A stretch of 64,000 bases of DNA, from contig CBDDCK010000005.1 of the NCBI GenBank assembly GCA_965225855.1, positions 1,472,001-1,536,000 of the forward strand, read 5' to 3'. Under the pieces are notes generated by a model. The model ran no database searches and was not told the DNA's origin. It saw nothing but the letters and a program-made list of their open reading frames with translations. The DNA is from Spirochaetia bacterium. Lineage in GTDB: Bacteria; Spirochaetota; Spirochaetia; SP-2023. The translations under genes and the position numbers were made by a program. How positions within the stretch are numbered: the stretch's first letter is position 1; the number at the start of each line of letters is the position of its first letter. Positions 29,109 through 39,085 of this stretch are shown in pieces.

Positions 29109-29939
29109 CTACTTGCTAGTATAGACAATGCTTTGTTCAAGGTTTTTTTGTAAGTATAAGAATAAAATCACTGAGGGTATACTCACTAAAACACATGAAA
29201 TTAAAACACCCGGAACGCTTTGGGAAATATTTGTTAAGGCTGCAATAGTTGTCATTACCGGTCTTATATCATTTGATTTCGTAAAAGTCATTCCAAAAAG
29301 TAAGTCATTCCAAATCCATGAACACTGAAATAATAATGCCACAGATATTGGCGAAGTCGCCATCGGCATAAACAGTTTATAAAATATACACCAGTTGCTC
29401 GCTCCGTCTATTTTAGCAGACTCTACAATCTCTCTCGAAATTCCGCGAAAATAATTTCTAAACACAAATGTAGCAAATGGAATCACAATGGCAATATATA
29501 CTATCAACATGCCAAGCCGGGTATCGTAAAGTTTTACGGCTGTATACAGTTTGTAAATAGGAATTAAATACATTTGGAACGGCACGATTGTTCCGCTGTA
29601 TATCAATAAAAACCAAAACATTTTGTGCTTAATGCTCAAGTGCGTTAGGCCATAGCCAGCAAGAAGTGAGAAAAAAATGCCAATGCCACCACCAAATGCA
29701 GAGTACAAAATACTACTGGTAAATGGCACAAGAATATCTAATTTTTCTATGGCATAATAGATATTTTCAATGAAATTCATCTTTTGGGGAATCGAGAAAA
29801 AACCATCTAGGGCAAATTCTTCTGGTGCTTTGAATAAATTTAAAACCGCGAAAAGCAAAGGAAATATCCAAAGTATAGATAGACACAATAATATTAGGTT
29901 GATAATTAATTTGCCTATATTCGGTTTACGCCAGTTCAA
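29109..29939 (-). CDS. Carbohydrate ABC transporter permease (MalG-like)
   Basis: EIVESAKIDGAS EAA loop, WNDLLFG. Confidence 0.92.
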   Translation of the reverse strand: MNWRKPNIGKLIINLILLCLSILWIFPLLFAVLNLFKAPEEFALDGFFSIPQKMNFIENIYYAIEKLDILVPFTSSILYSAFGGGIGIFFSLLAGYGLTHLSIKHKMFWFLLIYSGTIVPFQMYLIPIYKLYTAVKLYDTRLGMLIVYIAIVIPFATFVFRNYFRGISREIVESAKIDGASNWCIFYKLFMPMATSPISVALLFQCSWIWNDLLFGMTFTKSNDIRPVMTTIAALTNISQSVPGVLISCVLVSIPSVILFLYLQKNLEQSIVYTSK

Positions 29940-30811
29940 GTCTGCGATCCTCCCGCACTAAATGATTTTTGTAAATAAAAGTAAGACACAAGCAACATCA
30001 CGACAGAAAGCAGCACCGCAATTGCAGAACCATATCCCAGATAACCATTTTTGAAAGATTCGTAATACATTGTCAGAGCCAGTGTCTCTGAACTGCGGAA
30101 AGGGCCTCCTTTCGTCATAACCCAAACATTTTCAAAAATTTTGAAGCTATTAATAATTCCCATCAATATAACAATTTGTATTGTGTTAGAAATCATTGGC
30201 AAAATAATTTTCACATACAACGTAAAACCCTTCGCCCCATCGATTCTAGCAGCTTCAATCAATGAGTTATCAACACCTAAAATTCCAGTAATAAATAGAA
30301 TTAAATATAAACCAACCCCTTGATATAAACCAACACTTATCATAACAAATGTATTTAGGTAGGGTATTGCTAGCCAGTTTCTCACGAATGAATCAAACCC
30401 AAGAAATTTAAATATCTGTGGCAGCCCCGAGATAGAAAGCAATATACTCATTACAAGAGCAACAACTGTGCCAGCTAATGCATTTGGGAAGTATAAAATA
30501 TTTTTAAACAAAGTTAAGTTCCAAGAGTTTACCACTAAAATTGCCAATAACAAAGGTATTAAAAAGGCTGTTATAAAAGATGATAAAACCCAGATTAACG
30601 TATTGGTAGCTGAGACAATAAAATTAGCATTATTAAACAGCTCTGTATAATTATTTAGCCCTATAAATTTCATGGAGCCTAAACCATTCCACTCAAAGAA
30701 ACTAATATATACGGTAAATACAATAGACCAAATAAACAGTATAGAGATTAAAATCACTGCGGGAGCTATATATAAATAATCGATATAATTCACAGATTTC
30801 TTTTTATGCAT
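29936..30811 (-). CDS. Carbohydrate ABC transporter permease (MalF-like)
   Basis: FIGLNNY, LIEAARIDGA, MTKGGP. Confidence 0.92.
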   Translation of the reverse strand: MHKKKSVNYIDYLYIAPAVILISILFIWSIVFTVYISFFEWNGLGSMKFIGLNNYTELFNNANFIVSATNTLIWVLSSFITAFLIPLLLAILVVNSWNLTLFKNILYFPNALAGTVVALVMSILLSISGLPQIFKFLGFDSFVRNWLAIPYLNTFVMISVGLYQGVGLYLILFITGILGVDNSLIEAARIDGAKGFTLYVKIILPMISNTIQIVILMGIINSFKIFENVWVMTKGGPFRSSETLALTMYYESFKNGYLGYGSAIAVLLSVVMLLVSYFYLQKSFSAGGSQT

Positions 30812-30932
30812 ATGAATACACTCGCATTTAGAGCTATTTAGCTCACTGCAGTAAATTTTATACTGTATAACAATAACATGAATTACAATTTACAAGCAGT
30901 GGCTATTAGGTGTCTGAGCTATTATAAAAAAA

Positions 30933-32180
30933 TTAGTTCCAATACTTCTCTGCTGCTTGTTGCAGAGTAGAAGTGGTATCTTGCGCTGTACTACCTCTAT
31001 AAACAAATCTGGACAATTCTGTTAGAACAATATCGCGTAAAGCTACAGGCGTATTTTCATAGTAGCGCAGCACTAACTGATATTTTGCTGTATCTGCGCC
31101 AAGCTCTACATATTTGGCAAGCACTTTATCCTTAATGTCAACAGCAGAACTTGTTATAAGCCCTCGCTCGTCAGTTAAATATTGTGCAATTTCTTTCTTA
31201 TAATAGTTTCTTAATACCGCTTTGGCCGTTTCTTTTTGTGCGCTATTTTTAGGAACTAAAATAGGAGCTACTTCATAAAATACGGTCATTTTGTCTGTAT
31301 TTGAACTTACATTAGGCAGAACAAAAATATCATACTGTTTACCGGGGACTAATTTAAACTCCTCCGAGAGCCCTGTTACAATATAGCTTTCCTCCATCAT
31401 CATAGCAACTTCTTTTCTTGCGAATGAAGGATTTAAATCATTTTGTAAATGCATTGGCTCAGAAAAATAGCCTTTATTTAGCATATCTTCCCATGTTTCA
31501 AATACTTGCAATACTTTAGGATCTTCAAACGATATTGAGCCATTAGAAACCCCGTGATATAAATTTACATCAAATGATGCCAGAAGCTGCTGAAACCAGT
31601 AAAACCCTGCCCAGCTATCATCTTTCTGACCAATAGGAATGATGCCTGCTGATTTAAATATTCGACATATCTCTAAAAATTCCTCAAAGGTCGCAGGAAC
31701 ATTAACACCATATTCTTCAAATAATTCCCTATTATAGACGATGGCAAAGTTCAAAGAATTTTGTGGAGCCCCATATATTTTCCCCTCAAATGTCATAGCA
31801 TCTGCTAAATCTCTATTTACCCCATCTTTTACATAATACTCCCACTCACTGCTCAAATCTTCTAGCAAACCTTCCTTAGCAAGGTCCGCTAGCGAAGAAC
31901 CTGTCCACCAGGTAAACATTCCTGGGGCAGCATCTGTTACAATCGTTTGTTTTACAGCGCTGGTATAAGCCGCAGTGTCGGTATAATTGACATAATCAAA
32001 TTCCACGCTTTCATTTAAACTGGCAACTCGTTTGGACAACTCATTGACAATGTCTTCTGTGAATGGCTTATCTGCCCAATACTCTAGTTTTTTGCCTTCC
32101 GCTTTATTTTCTACGGTTTCTTTTGCACATCCCAAAACTAGAATGAGAAAAGATAATGTGGTGAACCATAACTTGTTCAT
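30933..32180 (-). CDS. Carbohydrate ABC transporter substrate-binding lipoprotein
   Basis: Lipobox VLG-C; APGMFTWW, GKIYGAP, YNRELFEEYGV..PATFEEF. Confidence 0.9.
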   Translation of the reverse strand: MNKLWFTTLSFLILVLGCAKETVENKAEGKKLEYWADKPFTEDIVNELSKRVASLNESVEFDYVNYTDTAAYTSAVKQTIVTDAAPGMFTWWTGSSLADLAKEGLLEDLSSEWEYYVKDGVNRDLADAMTFEGKIYGAPQNSLNFAIVYNRELFEEYGVNVPATFEEFLEICRIFKSAGIIPIGQKDDSWAGFYWFQQLLASFDVNLYHGVSNGSISFEDPKVLQVFETWEDMLNKGYFSEPMHLQNDLNPSFARKEVAMMMEESYIVTGLSEEFKLVPGKQYDIFVLPNVSSNTDKMTVFYEVAPILVPKNSAQKETAKAVLRNYYKKEIAQYLTDERGLITSSAVDIKDKVLAKYVELGADTAKYQLVLRYYENTPVALRDIVLTELSRFVYRGSTAQDTTSTLQQAAEKYWN

Positions 32181-32228
32181 TGCTTTACTCCTTATAAATA
32201 GCCATTATGATTTGATTTACAAAATAGC

Positions 32229-34646
32229 TTAAATTCTTATTGAAAATAAATTAATATTTTGTTCACGACACTTACGGAATAATGATTTGACATCACTATC
32301 TTCATATACAAAGACTGAATAATCAAACTCGTAAAACCCGCCTAGGTCTACTTTAAAATTGGTTTCCCAAAAGTTATTCATAATCCATGAATAACTTGTA
32401 CTGGTATTAAATTTTATATCCTTGCCACTACATAACTGTATAGGTGATGCTTCAAGTTGGTCAAATACGACAAGCGGTGCATCTTTAATAGTTATAACCA
32501 TGGATCGTGTTTGACCTACTAAACAAATGCCATTTTGCAATAAATAAAATTCTTTATTGCTTCCTGGAAGTTGGTCAATACCAGGCCTTATAATACAACC
32601 AGATTTATCGATGTATTTCACTTCTTCTTCACCGGTAGTAAAAGGCAGACTAACATAAAGATTTTCTGGAGCCACTTCAGAAGCTTTGTGTATGCGAATA
32701 GTGCAGTCTATTCTGGGTATATCCTCATAGACTTTCATAATGATACTATATAGTTTAGTTCCCTCTAGCTCGTAATTTAATTGTATCGTGTTGTATATAT
32801 CACCTATATCTAAGACATCGAAAGACAATAACTTTGCACTGTAGCGTAAAGTAGAGGAGCTTTTTCGGTTGCGTCCCATGTTTCGGCGAACTGTACAAAC
32901 ATCACTAGTAATAGGTGTAAATTCATAAATTCCAGTAAACGCTTTGTACTCTGACAAGGGCCTTATTAAATCAATACAATCTTTTTTATAAATAATAGAA
33001 CGAATCCCCGAACTGTTGTCCAGTTCAATTCTAAATTGCTTTGTCTCTAGTGCATTGCGCTCTTTAGAATTTGCAATGTCTTCTACCCCATCAGCTCCTA
33101 TATAAGCATGATTTTTCACGGTATTAATCTGGTGTAATTCCTTGGTTCTCAAAAATACTTTTTGGGTTTCTTTAGCTTGCAATTTTGTGTAAATATAAAT
33201 TTCAAAACCAGCAGTAATTCTTTTTATTTGGCTATTTATAACACAATTTGTATCACAATCTACAACTTCAAAATGCTCTCTTGGAATCTGAACCGCTTTT
33301 CTATCGCCAATACGATCATGAGTATATAACAGCAGTTTCACGCAGCCTTCTACAGTATGTTCAAAAGGATTGATTAAAAGATACTCTTTATTCCCATTGG
33401 CCGATATGGATTTTTCCCCATAATGTTCTAATACATTAATTAACAACTCTGATAAAATTTTATTAGAGTTAATTGCATACAAAGATTTTTTTAATTCAAG
33501 TTCATTTACTTTTGAATCCCAAGGCTCTAGGACAGAAGAACTATAACCCCAGGTATGTTCTGCATACATCATCATATCCTGCTTAGCTAAGTCCAATAAT
33601 TGCTCATTCTCAATCTTATCTTTTTCTGATAGTAAGCTAATAAGCTCCAATTTTCTCTCTGAATCCTTATATAACTTTACAATTCCGGGTGTAGAACCAA
33701 CTCCATCTGCCCACCAATCATTCCAGTCTCCTTTATGTGTTACAATCTTTCCTACTTTTGACTTTGCGATTGCAAAAAACTCATCTAGTGTAACCATTTG
33801 AATCACTAATTGATTTCCCACATTTGTCATAATTTCAGAACATCTATCTACAATTCCCCGATTGGGATAGGAGTTATCCGTGATGCCACCCGATACCATA
33901 ACAGGAACAAAATCAAAACTATAATTTTCTCTATCTAAATTATTTAGATACCTAGTGATTCGCGTACTTGCTATTTGCACCGGATCAAAAGCTGTGGGAT
34001 AATCTGAAAATTCATCGTGAATTGTATAAGAAGTTTCCCCATAAGGAGATAAACACAGTTCGTTCCCCAAATGATAATGATCAGAAATCCATGTAAAAAG
34101 TGTTTTTCCACTGGGAGCTTCCCATAGGATAGGTTGCTGCTTCTTATATATTGGAAACATACCATGATGGGTATGAATACAACTTATTAAATTTTGCACT
34201 CCTGCATCTATTAATTGATCCGCAAATCCCCAGCTATAACCATTAATATCAGCCGTCATCGCACTACTAATATTGACTCCTAAGGTTTGAGAATATTTTT
34301 TTACTTTTGCAAGCATAGATCGAACCACACTATCACTAGCCAGCTCTGTCATATTTAAATAATTACCAGAGAGACCTATATCCCCTTTTTTAACATAAGA
34401 CTCAAACTTTTGTTTTTGCTCTTCGGTTGCCTTCGCATAGAAATTTTGTACCTGCCAGTAATTTTCACATTGCCATTTAAACCCTATGTTGTCCTTATAT
34501 GTATCATAAATATTATCAAGTATATCTATTACTTGAAGAATAAAGTCCACATGATATTTGATAATTTTTTCTTGAGGGTCTGTGTAACCTATATCAGTAT
34601 GAGAGTGATGAATAAGGTATATATGCCATTTTCTTGCAAGCTTCAT
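32229..34646 (-). CDS. GH38-like glycoside hydrolase (probable alpha-mannosidase)
   Basis: IHHSHTDIGYT, AMTADINGYSWG, DWNDWWADG, YAEHTWG, MNNFWETNF; clustered with kinase and phosphomannose isomerase genes. Confidence 0.8.
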   Translation of the reverse strand: MKLARKWHIYLIHHSHTDIGYTDPQEKIIKYHVDFILQVIDILDNIYDTYKDNIGFKWQCENYWQVQNFYAKATEEQKQKFESYVKKGDIGLSGNYLNMTELASDSVVRSMLAKVKKYSQTLGVNISSAMTADINGYSWGFADQLIDAGVQNLISCIHTHHGMFPIYKKQQPILWEAPSGKTLFTWISDHYHLGNELCLSPYGETSYTIHDEFSDYPTAFDPVQIASTRITRYLNNLDRENYSFDFVPVMVSGGITDNSYPNRGIVDRCSEIMTNVGNQLVIQMVTLDEFFAIAKSKVGKIVTHKGDWNDWWADGVGSTPGIVKLYKDSERKLELISLLSEKDKIENEQLLDLAKQDMMMYAEHTWGYSSSVLEPWDSKVNELELKKSLYAINSNKILSELLINVLEHYGEKSISANGNKEYLLINPFEHTVEGCVKLLLYTHDRIGDRKAVQIPREHFEVVDCDTNCVINSQIKRITAGFEIYIYTKLQAKETQKVFLRTKELHQINTVKNHAYIGADGVEDIANSKERNALETKQFRIELDNSSGIRSIIYKKDCIDLIRPLSEYKAFTGIYEFTPITSDVCTVRRNMGRNRKSSSTLRYSAKLLSFDVLDIGDIYNTIQLNYELEGTKLYSIIMKVYEDIPRIDCTIRIHKASEVAPENLYVSLPFTTGEEEVKYIDKSGCIIRPGIDQLPGSNKEFYLLQNGICLVGQTRSMVITIKDAPLVVFDQLEASPIQLCSGKDIKFNTSTSYSWIMNNFWETNFKVDLGGFYEFDYSVFVYEDSDVKSLFRKCREQNINLFSIRI

Positions 34647-34857
34647 AGAAATCCTTTGCGCACTCCTTCACTTAATTTTTTACTTTGTTATTTTATTCTC
34701 GCACAAAAATATCAAACTGTCAACAATAAATATCAAATAAATACCAATAGTAATAATAATGATACATTAAAACGTATTAAGTTGAAATATATCTACAATA
34801 AAATAATTATGCATAGATACTTGAATAAAAAGTAGAGTATGATTATTGTATCAATAC

Positions 34858-35637
34858 ATGTCAGTTTCTAAAAAAAACACGGATTACCTCGATAACCAAA
34901 TTATTAGTTATCTCAAAGTTCACAAACAAATACGTACAGCCGAAGCTCTTAAAATTTTTCCCGCTTCGCGTATGACTTTATATCGAGCTTTCAAGCGCTT
35001 GGAAACAAAAGGGTATTTAGAGCCCGAACACGGCAAAGTTTACTTAAACCCAGCCATAGAAATTGAGCCAGACTTTGTGAGCAAAACGATTATCAACATA
35101 AAACTAAAAGATAAAATTGCACGATGGGCTGTGGAAGAATTTGTTTCTGAAGGTACCATCGTTGCTTTAGAGTCCGGCACTACAGTAGCTAGTTGTATTT
35201 CATATCTAAAAAGCAAACGGCCAGGAAGCTTACTTAGTAATGGTATTAATGTAGTGCAACTTGCTGCTGCTGAAAGTTTGCCTGATACTGATATTTATTG
35301 TTCTGGCGGCAAACTGCGCCGGCAATCTATGAGCTTTATCGGCTCTGAAGCCCAGCGCTTTTTCTCTGTCCATCACGCTGATATTGCCTTTGTCGGAGCT
35401 TCTGCAATTGATCCCAAACTGGGAATTATGGATACAGAAATTGAGATAAAAAGACAAATTTGCGACAATGCATCTCGTTCTATCTTACTTGCAGATAGTT
35501 CTAAATTTGGCAAACGCTCTTTATTGCGCTTTGGAGATTTAAGCTCTGTTGATACAATTGTTACAGATTCGCAAATCAATCCTGAGGTGGCCACCCAAAT
35601 CCAACAAATGAATGGCGTTAAATTTTTTATTGTGTAG
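34858..35637 (+). CDS. DeoR/GlpR family transcriptional regulator
   Basis: HTH SRMTLYRAFKRLE, IVALESGTT, LLADSSKFG, IVTDS; divergent from the sugar operon. Confidence 0.9.
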   Translation: MSVSKKNTDYLDNQIISYLKVHKQIRTAEALKIFPASRMTLYRAFKRLETKGYLEPEHGKVYLNPAIEIEPDFVSKTIINIKLKDKIARWAVEEFVSEGTIVALESGTTVASCISYLKSKRPGSLLSNGINVVQLAAAESLPDTDIYCSGGKLRRQSMSFIGSEAQRFFSVHHADIAFVGASAIDPKLGIMDTEIEIKRQICDNASRSILLADSSKFGKRSLLRFGDLSSVDTIVTDSQINPEVATQIQQMNGVKFFIV

Positions 35638-36621
35638 AAAATAAAACAAATTTCTTTTGTGCATTGCCAAAGGGCCTGGGCAAGATTAGATAGGATTTTG
35701 ACGCAAAATTGAAGCAGGACGCGGCATAAATTTGTATCTTTGAAACAATCACTTATGGAAATTTGTCCTTTGGTGCCCGAATTGGCTCAAGTTGTGGTAC
35801 AGTTTTCGTAACGAAGGTAGAGATTTGACTCAATGAGTCGCCCAATGAGCTATGCCATCATTTTTTACTGCTACTGTAGTTTGGGCTATTTATGAACGAA
35901 ACTCGGGGCACGGAATATTGAATCAAGTGATATTGGCTAGCATTGTTTTAATCCATTATCTAAGAAATCATTGAACAAAAAAGCAAATTCCAAGTGGATT
36001 CACCTGAAAAATTTACTTGGTAAAACCTGCAAGTAATTTCAAATGGAACTCCGCTTTATGATACGGAACATGATAACTGAACGGGATAAGACGCGATAAC
36101 TCGGGATTTTTTTGGGCACAAATGGAAGGTAAAAATTGGCTTACTTTCCAAAATAAAAAGGTAAAAAATTTTTGTTTTTCGGCATATGGGCCATTGTCGG
36201 CAGTAATTGGGCAACAATATGCTTTCAAAATATCATGGTAACGGGCCGTAGTCTCAAAAAGCTAGTAAGGTTTTCAAAAAAGCTAGTAAGGTTTTGACTG
36301 AAAACCTTACTAGCTTTTTTGATTGGCAACCTAGGGATTTTCCAACGAGACTGTGGCAGTCTCTAAAAAAATCGCAAAAAATTGTATTGTATTATTTTGC
36401 TAAAAACTGGGCTGTACTGCGATACAAAAAACTCAAATTCTTATTCTTATACTTTGTGCCATGATGTTTCGTACGATCATACGAAACGCAACAGCTCTTC
36501 TATACTTTAAACCATCACTATTAAGCAAACAGCCACAGGGAATTATTCCCGTGGCTGTTTTGCCTACAACACTAAAACATAAAAAAAGCACAAAAAAACT
36601 TACAAAAAGCTTGTATGGGCC

Positions 36622-36649
36622 TTGACGCAACACCCCCCCCTCACAAAAT
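36622..36649 (+). promoter_or_regulatory. Putative sigma70 promoter of allele 3, poly-C8 in spacer
   Basis: TTGACG-CAACA-C8-TCA-CAAAAT, 16-nt spacer. Confidence 0.55.
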
Positions 36650-36713
36650 AGGGCACTATACAATAGCCCGTATGGGTTTTGTCAATCTCAAGCCATTTTT
36701 GGAGGTATTGCTT

Positions 36714-38501
36714 ATGTATAAGCTCAAACTATTTTTATTGCCTGTAGCATTGCTACTGGCCTTTATGGCCTTTGCCTGCGCCCCACCCGATGACGATGAT
36801 CGATCTTCTGGGCCGACTATCAATAACGCCATCTACGATGTTGGCACGGCTATCTTAACCGTACAAGGTACTGACTTAAGTCCTACAACTGCGACCCAAG
36901 CGCAAATCCAAACTATCAGGGTAGGAAGCCGAACAAATGGTGTAGCTTTCAGTTCCTATACTGCAGATGACGATGCCACTGGGGTAAATAGTAACGGTCT
37001 TGAAAAAGGTAAGTACCGTATTAAAAGCGATGGCACAGCGCTTTGGCTTAGACTTACCAATCAACATAAAGCTGTTCTTGAGGCCAAGACAGGTATGGAT
37101 AGCGATAGTCTAAAAAAAGGGTTGCTTAGCGTTAGCTCGGGTGCTTGGGCGGGTTTAGATACAGCCAAAGACTTAACCGTTAATATACTCGGTAAGCCAT
37201 CTAAGCAAACCGAAGCCGAACAAGACGAACAAGCCGAAGAAGAGTCGCGTAAGCAAACTGAAGACGAACAAGCTGAACAAGTCGAACAAGCTGAACAAGT
37301 CGAAGAGCAGTCGCGTAAGCAAACTGAAGACGAACAAGCTGAACAAGTCGAACAAGTCGAAGAAGAGTCGCCTAAGCAACCTAAAGCCGAAGAGCAGTCG
37401 CCTAAAGCCGCAATTACCCGTGCAAGCTACCATGTTGGCACGGCGCTGCTAACTTTACAAGGTACTCACTTAGGTAGTGCGACCCAAGCCCAAATCCAAA
37501 CCATCAAAGTATATGGCGTAGTCTTAAGTTCCTATACTGCAGATGACCCAGCCACTGGGCCAGATAGTCGCAGTCTTGCAAAAGGTAAGTACCGTATGAA
37601 AAGCGATGGCACAGCGCTTTGGCTTAGACTTACCGATGCCGATAAAGCTACTCTGAATGACAAGAAAGGTATGGATACCAATGGTCTAAAAGATGGGTTG
37701 CTTAGCGTTGGCTCTGGTGCTTGGGCGGGTTTAAATACAGCCAAACCCTTAACCGTTAGTGGACACCCTGCAATTACCAGTGCAACGTTTAATGCTGTTA
37801 CAGGCTGGTTAGTGATTACAGGTACTAATTTACCGTCAACAGTGGATGGCTGGGACTTTAGCAAATTGAGGTTTGTCTCAGGTATTGGTATTGAGAGTCA
37901 ACCATTAAAAAAGCACTCAACTACAGGTGCAGACAGAGCCACAGGTTCTGCAGCAAGTGGCACATTCTTAGTGATTATTTTAGAGGGTGAAGCAAGAATA
38001 AAAGCCTCTAATGCATTGACGCAGAATGGTCTTGGTGATGATCATGGTGCATACAACCTGAAAGCAGCAGCAGGATTTGCAGGTGGTAGCGCAGCAGACA
38101 CAAGCAATAACCCGATTACCGTTAGTGGCTACAAAAGCTCTATCAGCACCGTATACTACTATCGTAATAAAGGCAGGTTATTGATTTACGGTAACAAGTT
38201 ACCGAAAACATTTACAGAGTGGGACTTTAGCAAATTGACGCTTGTATCCGGTGATGGTAGTAAGAGATACCCATTACCCCAGCACGCAATAGGTGAAAAC
38301 ACAGCCACAGGTTCTGCAGCAAGTACAACAAGAGTAACTATTACTTTAAGCGGTAGTGTAAAAGCGGAAGCCGAGAAGATACTGGTTAACGATGGTAAAA
38401 GTGATAATAATGGTGCATACAACCTGGAAGCAGCAGCAGGATTTGTAACGGGTAATCCAGAAGACTTAACAAATCAGATTGTGGTTAGTGCTAGTAAGTA
38501 G
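36714..38501 (+). CDS. Repeat surface lipoprotein, allele 3 (2 type-A + 2 type-B repeats, expanded E/Q linker)
   Basis: GGAGG RBS, lipobox AFA-C, paralogous to the other two alleles. Confidence 0.85.
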   Translation: MYKLKLFLLPVALLLAFMAFACAPPDDDDRSSGPTINNAIYDVGTAILTVQGTDLSPTTATQAQIQTIRVGSRTNGVAFSSYTADDDATGVNSNGLEKGKYRIKSDGTALWLRLTNQHKAVLEAKTGMDSDSLKKGLLSVSSGAWAGLDTAKDLTVNILGKPSKQTEAEQDEQAEEESRKQTEDEQAEQVEQAEQVEEQSRKQTEDEQAEQVEQVEEESPKQPKAEEQSPKAAITRASYHVGTALLTLQGTHLGSATQAQIQTIKVYGVVLSSYTADDPATGPDSRSLAKGKYRMKSDGTALWLRLTDADKATLNDKKGMDTNGLKDGLLSVGSGAWAGLNTAKPLTVSGHPAITSATFNAVTGWLVITGTNLPSTVDGWDFSKLRFVSGIGIESQPLKKHSTTGADRATGSAASGTFLVIILEGEARIKASNALTQNGLGDDHGAYNLKAAAGFAGGSAADTSNNPITVSGYKSSISTVYYYRNKGRLLIYGNKLPKTFTEWDFSKLTLVSGDGSKRYPLPQHAIGENTATGSAASTTRVTITLSGSVKAEAEKILVNDGKSDNNGAYNLEAAAGFVTGNPEDLTNQIVVSASK

Positions 38502-38620
38502 GGTTTTGTTGTTGCAACGCTTGCATTGGCCAATTGCAGCCTTGATAAATTTTTTATCAAGGCTGCTTTTATCAATTATAGCCTTGGTATAAAGTATTGT
38601 TCCGCATTGGTGCAATACAT

Positions 38621-38660
38621 CTTTCCGCCTTGGATCAAGGCCTTGATCCAAGGCGGAAAG
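38621..38660. repeat. Perfect 40-bp palindrome, second copy
   Basis: Identical to 25661-25700. Confidence 0.95.
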
Positions 38661-39085
38661 CTATATCATAGCAAGGCACTAAAAAATTTATTAAGTCTAC
38701 AAACTTTTTTAGTAATAGCTTTGAACAAACCCCTTACAATAATTATTACCAGAACGTTGCCATAACAATTAAGAGAGTCTCTTAATGCCTAACAAGAGAA
38801 TTTCTTAATAACTAACAAGAATTTTTTGTAACAAGATAAACTTTGGCCAAGCCTTGCTTGCCTTTTGGGTGGGCTATTAGACTGTGTTTGGTTGTTGCAA
38901 GGCTTGCATTGTCCAATTACAGCCTTGGAAAGTAGAAGAGTCGAGTTATCACGCCTAAGCTGCAGTTTGGGTATGTAGAGGGAAGGAAGCTGGGGTTTAA
39001 TCATTTCAATTAAGATTTCAATAAAATGTGATTTTCGGTATAATAGGCAAAAAGCTCTCTTTGTAATTTTGTAATAAGGATTCAA

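Larger units (their letters stand above)
36059..38953 (+). mobile_element. Non-autonomous element copy 3 (left end intact, right end truncated after the inner GATAACT site)
   Basis: Starts TGATACGGAACATGATAACT. Ends GGAAAGTAGAAGAGTCGAGTTATCACG, then diverges from copies 1 and 2. Confidence 0.72.

Noticed and set aside
2253..38501. Diversity-generating retroelement or shufflon as the source of lipoprotein variation
   Set aside because: No reverse transcriptase, template repeat or invertase in the window. Differences include indels and whole-domain changes and do not appear adenine-restricted.
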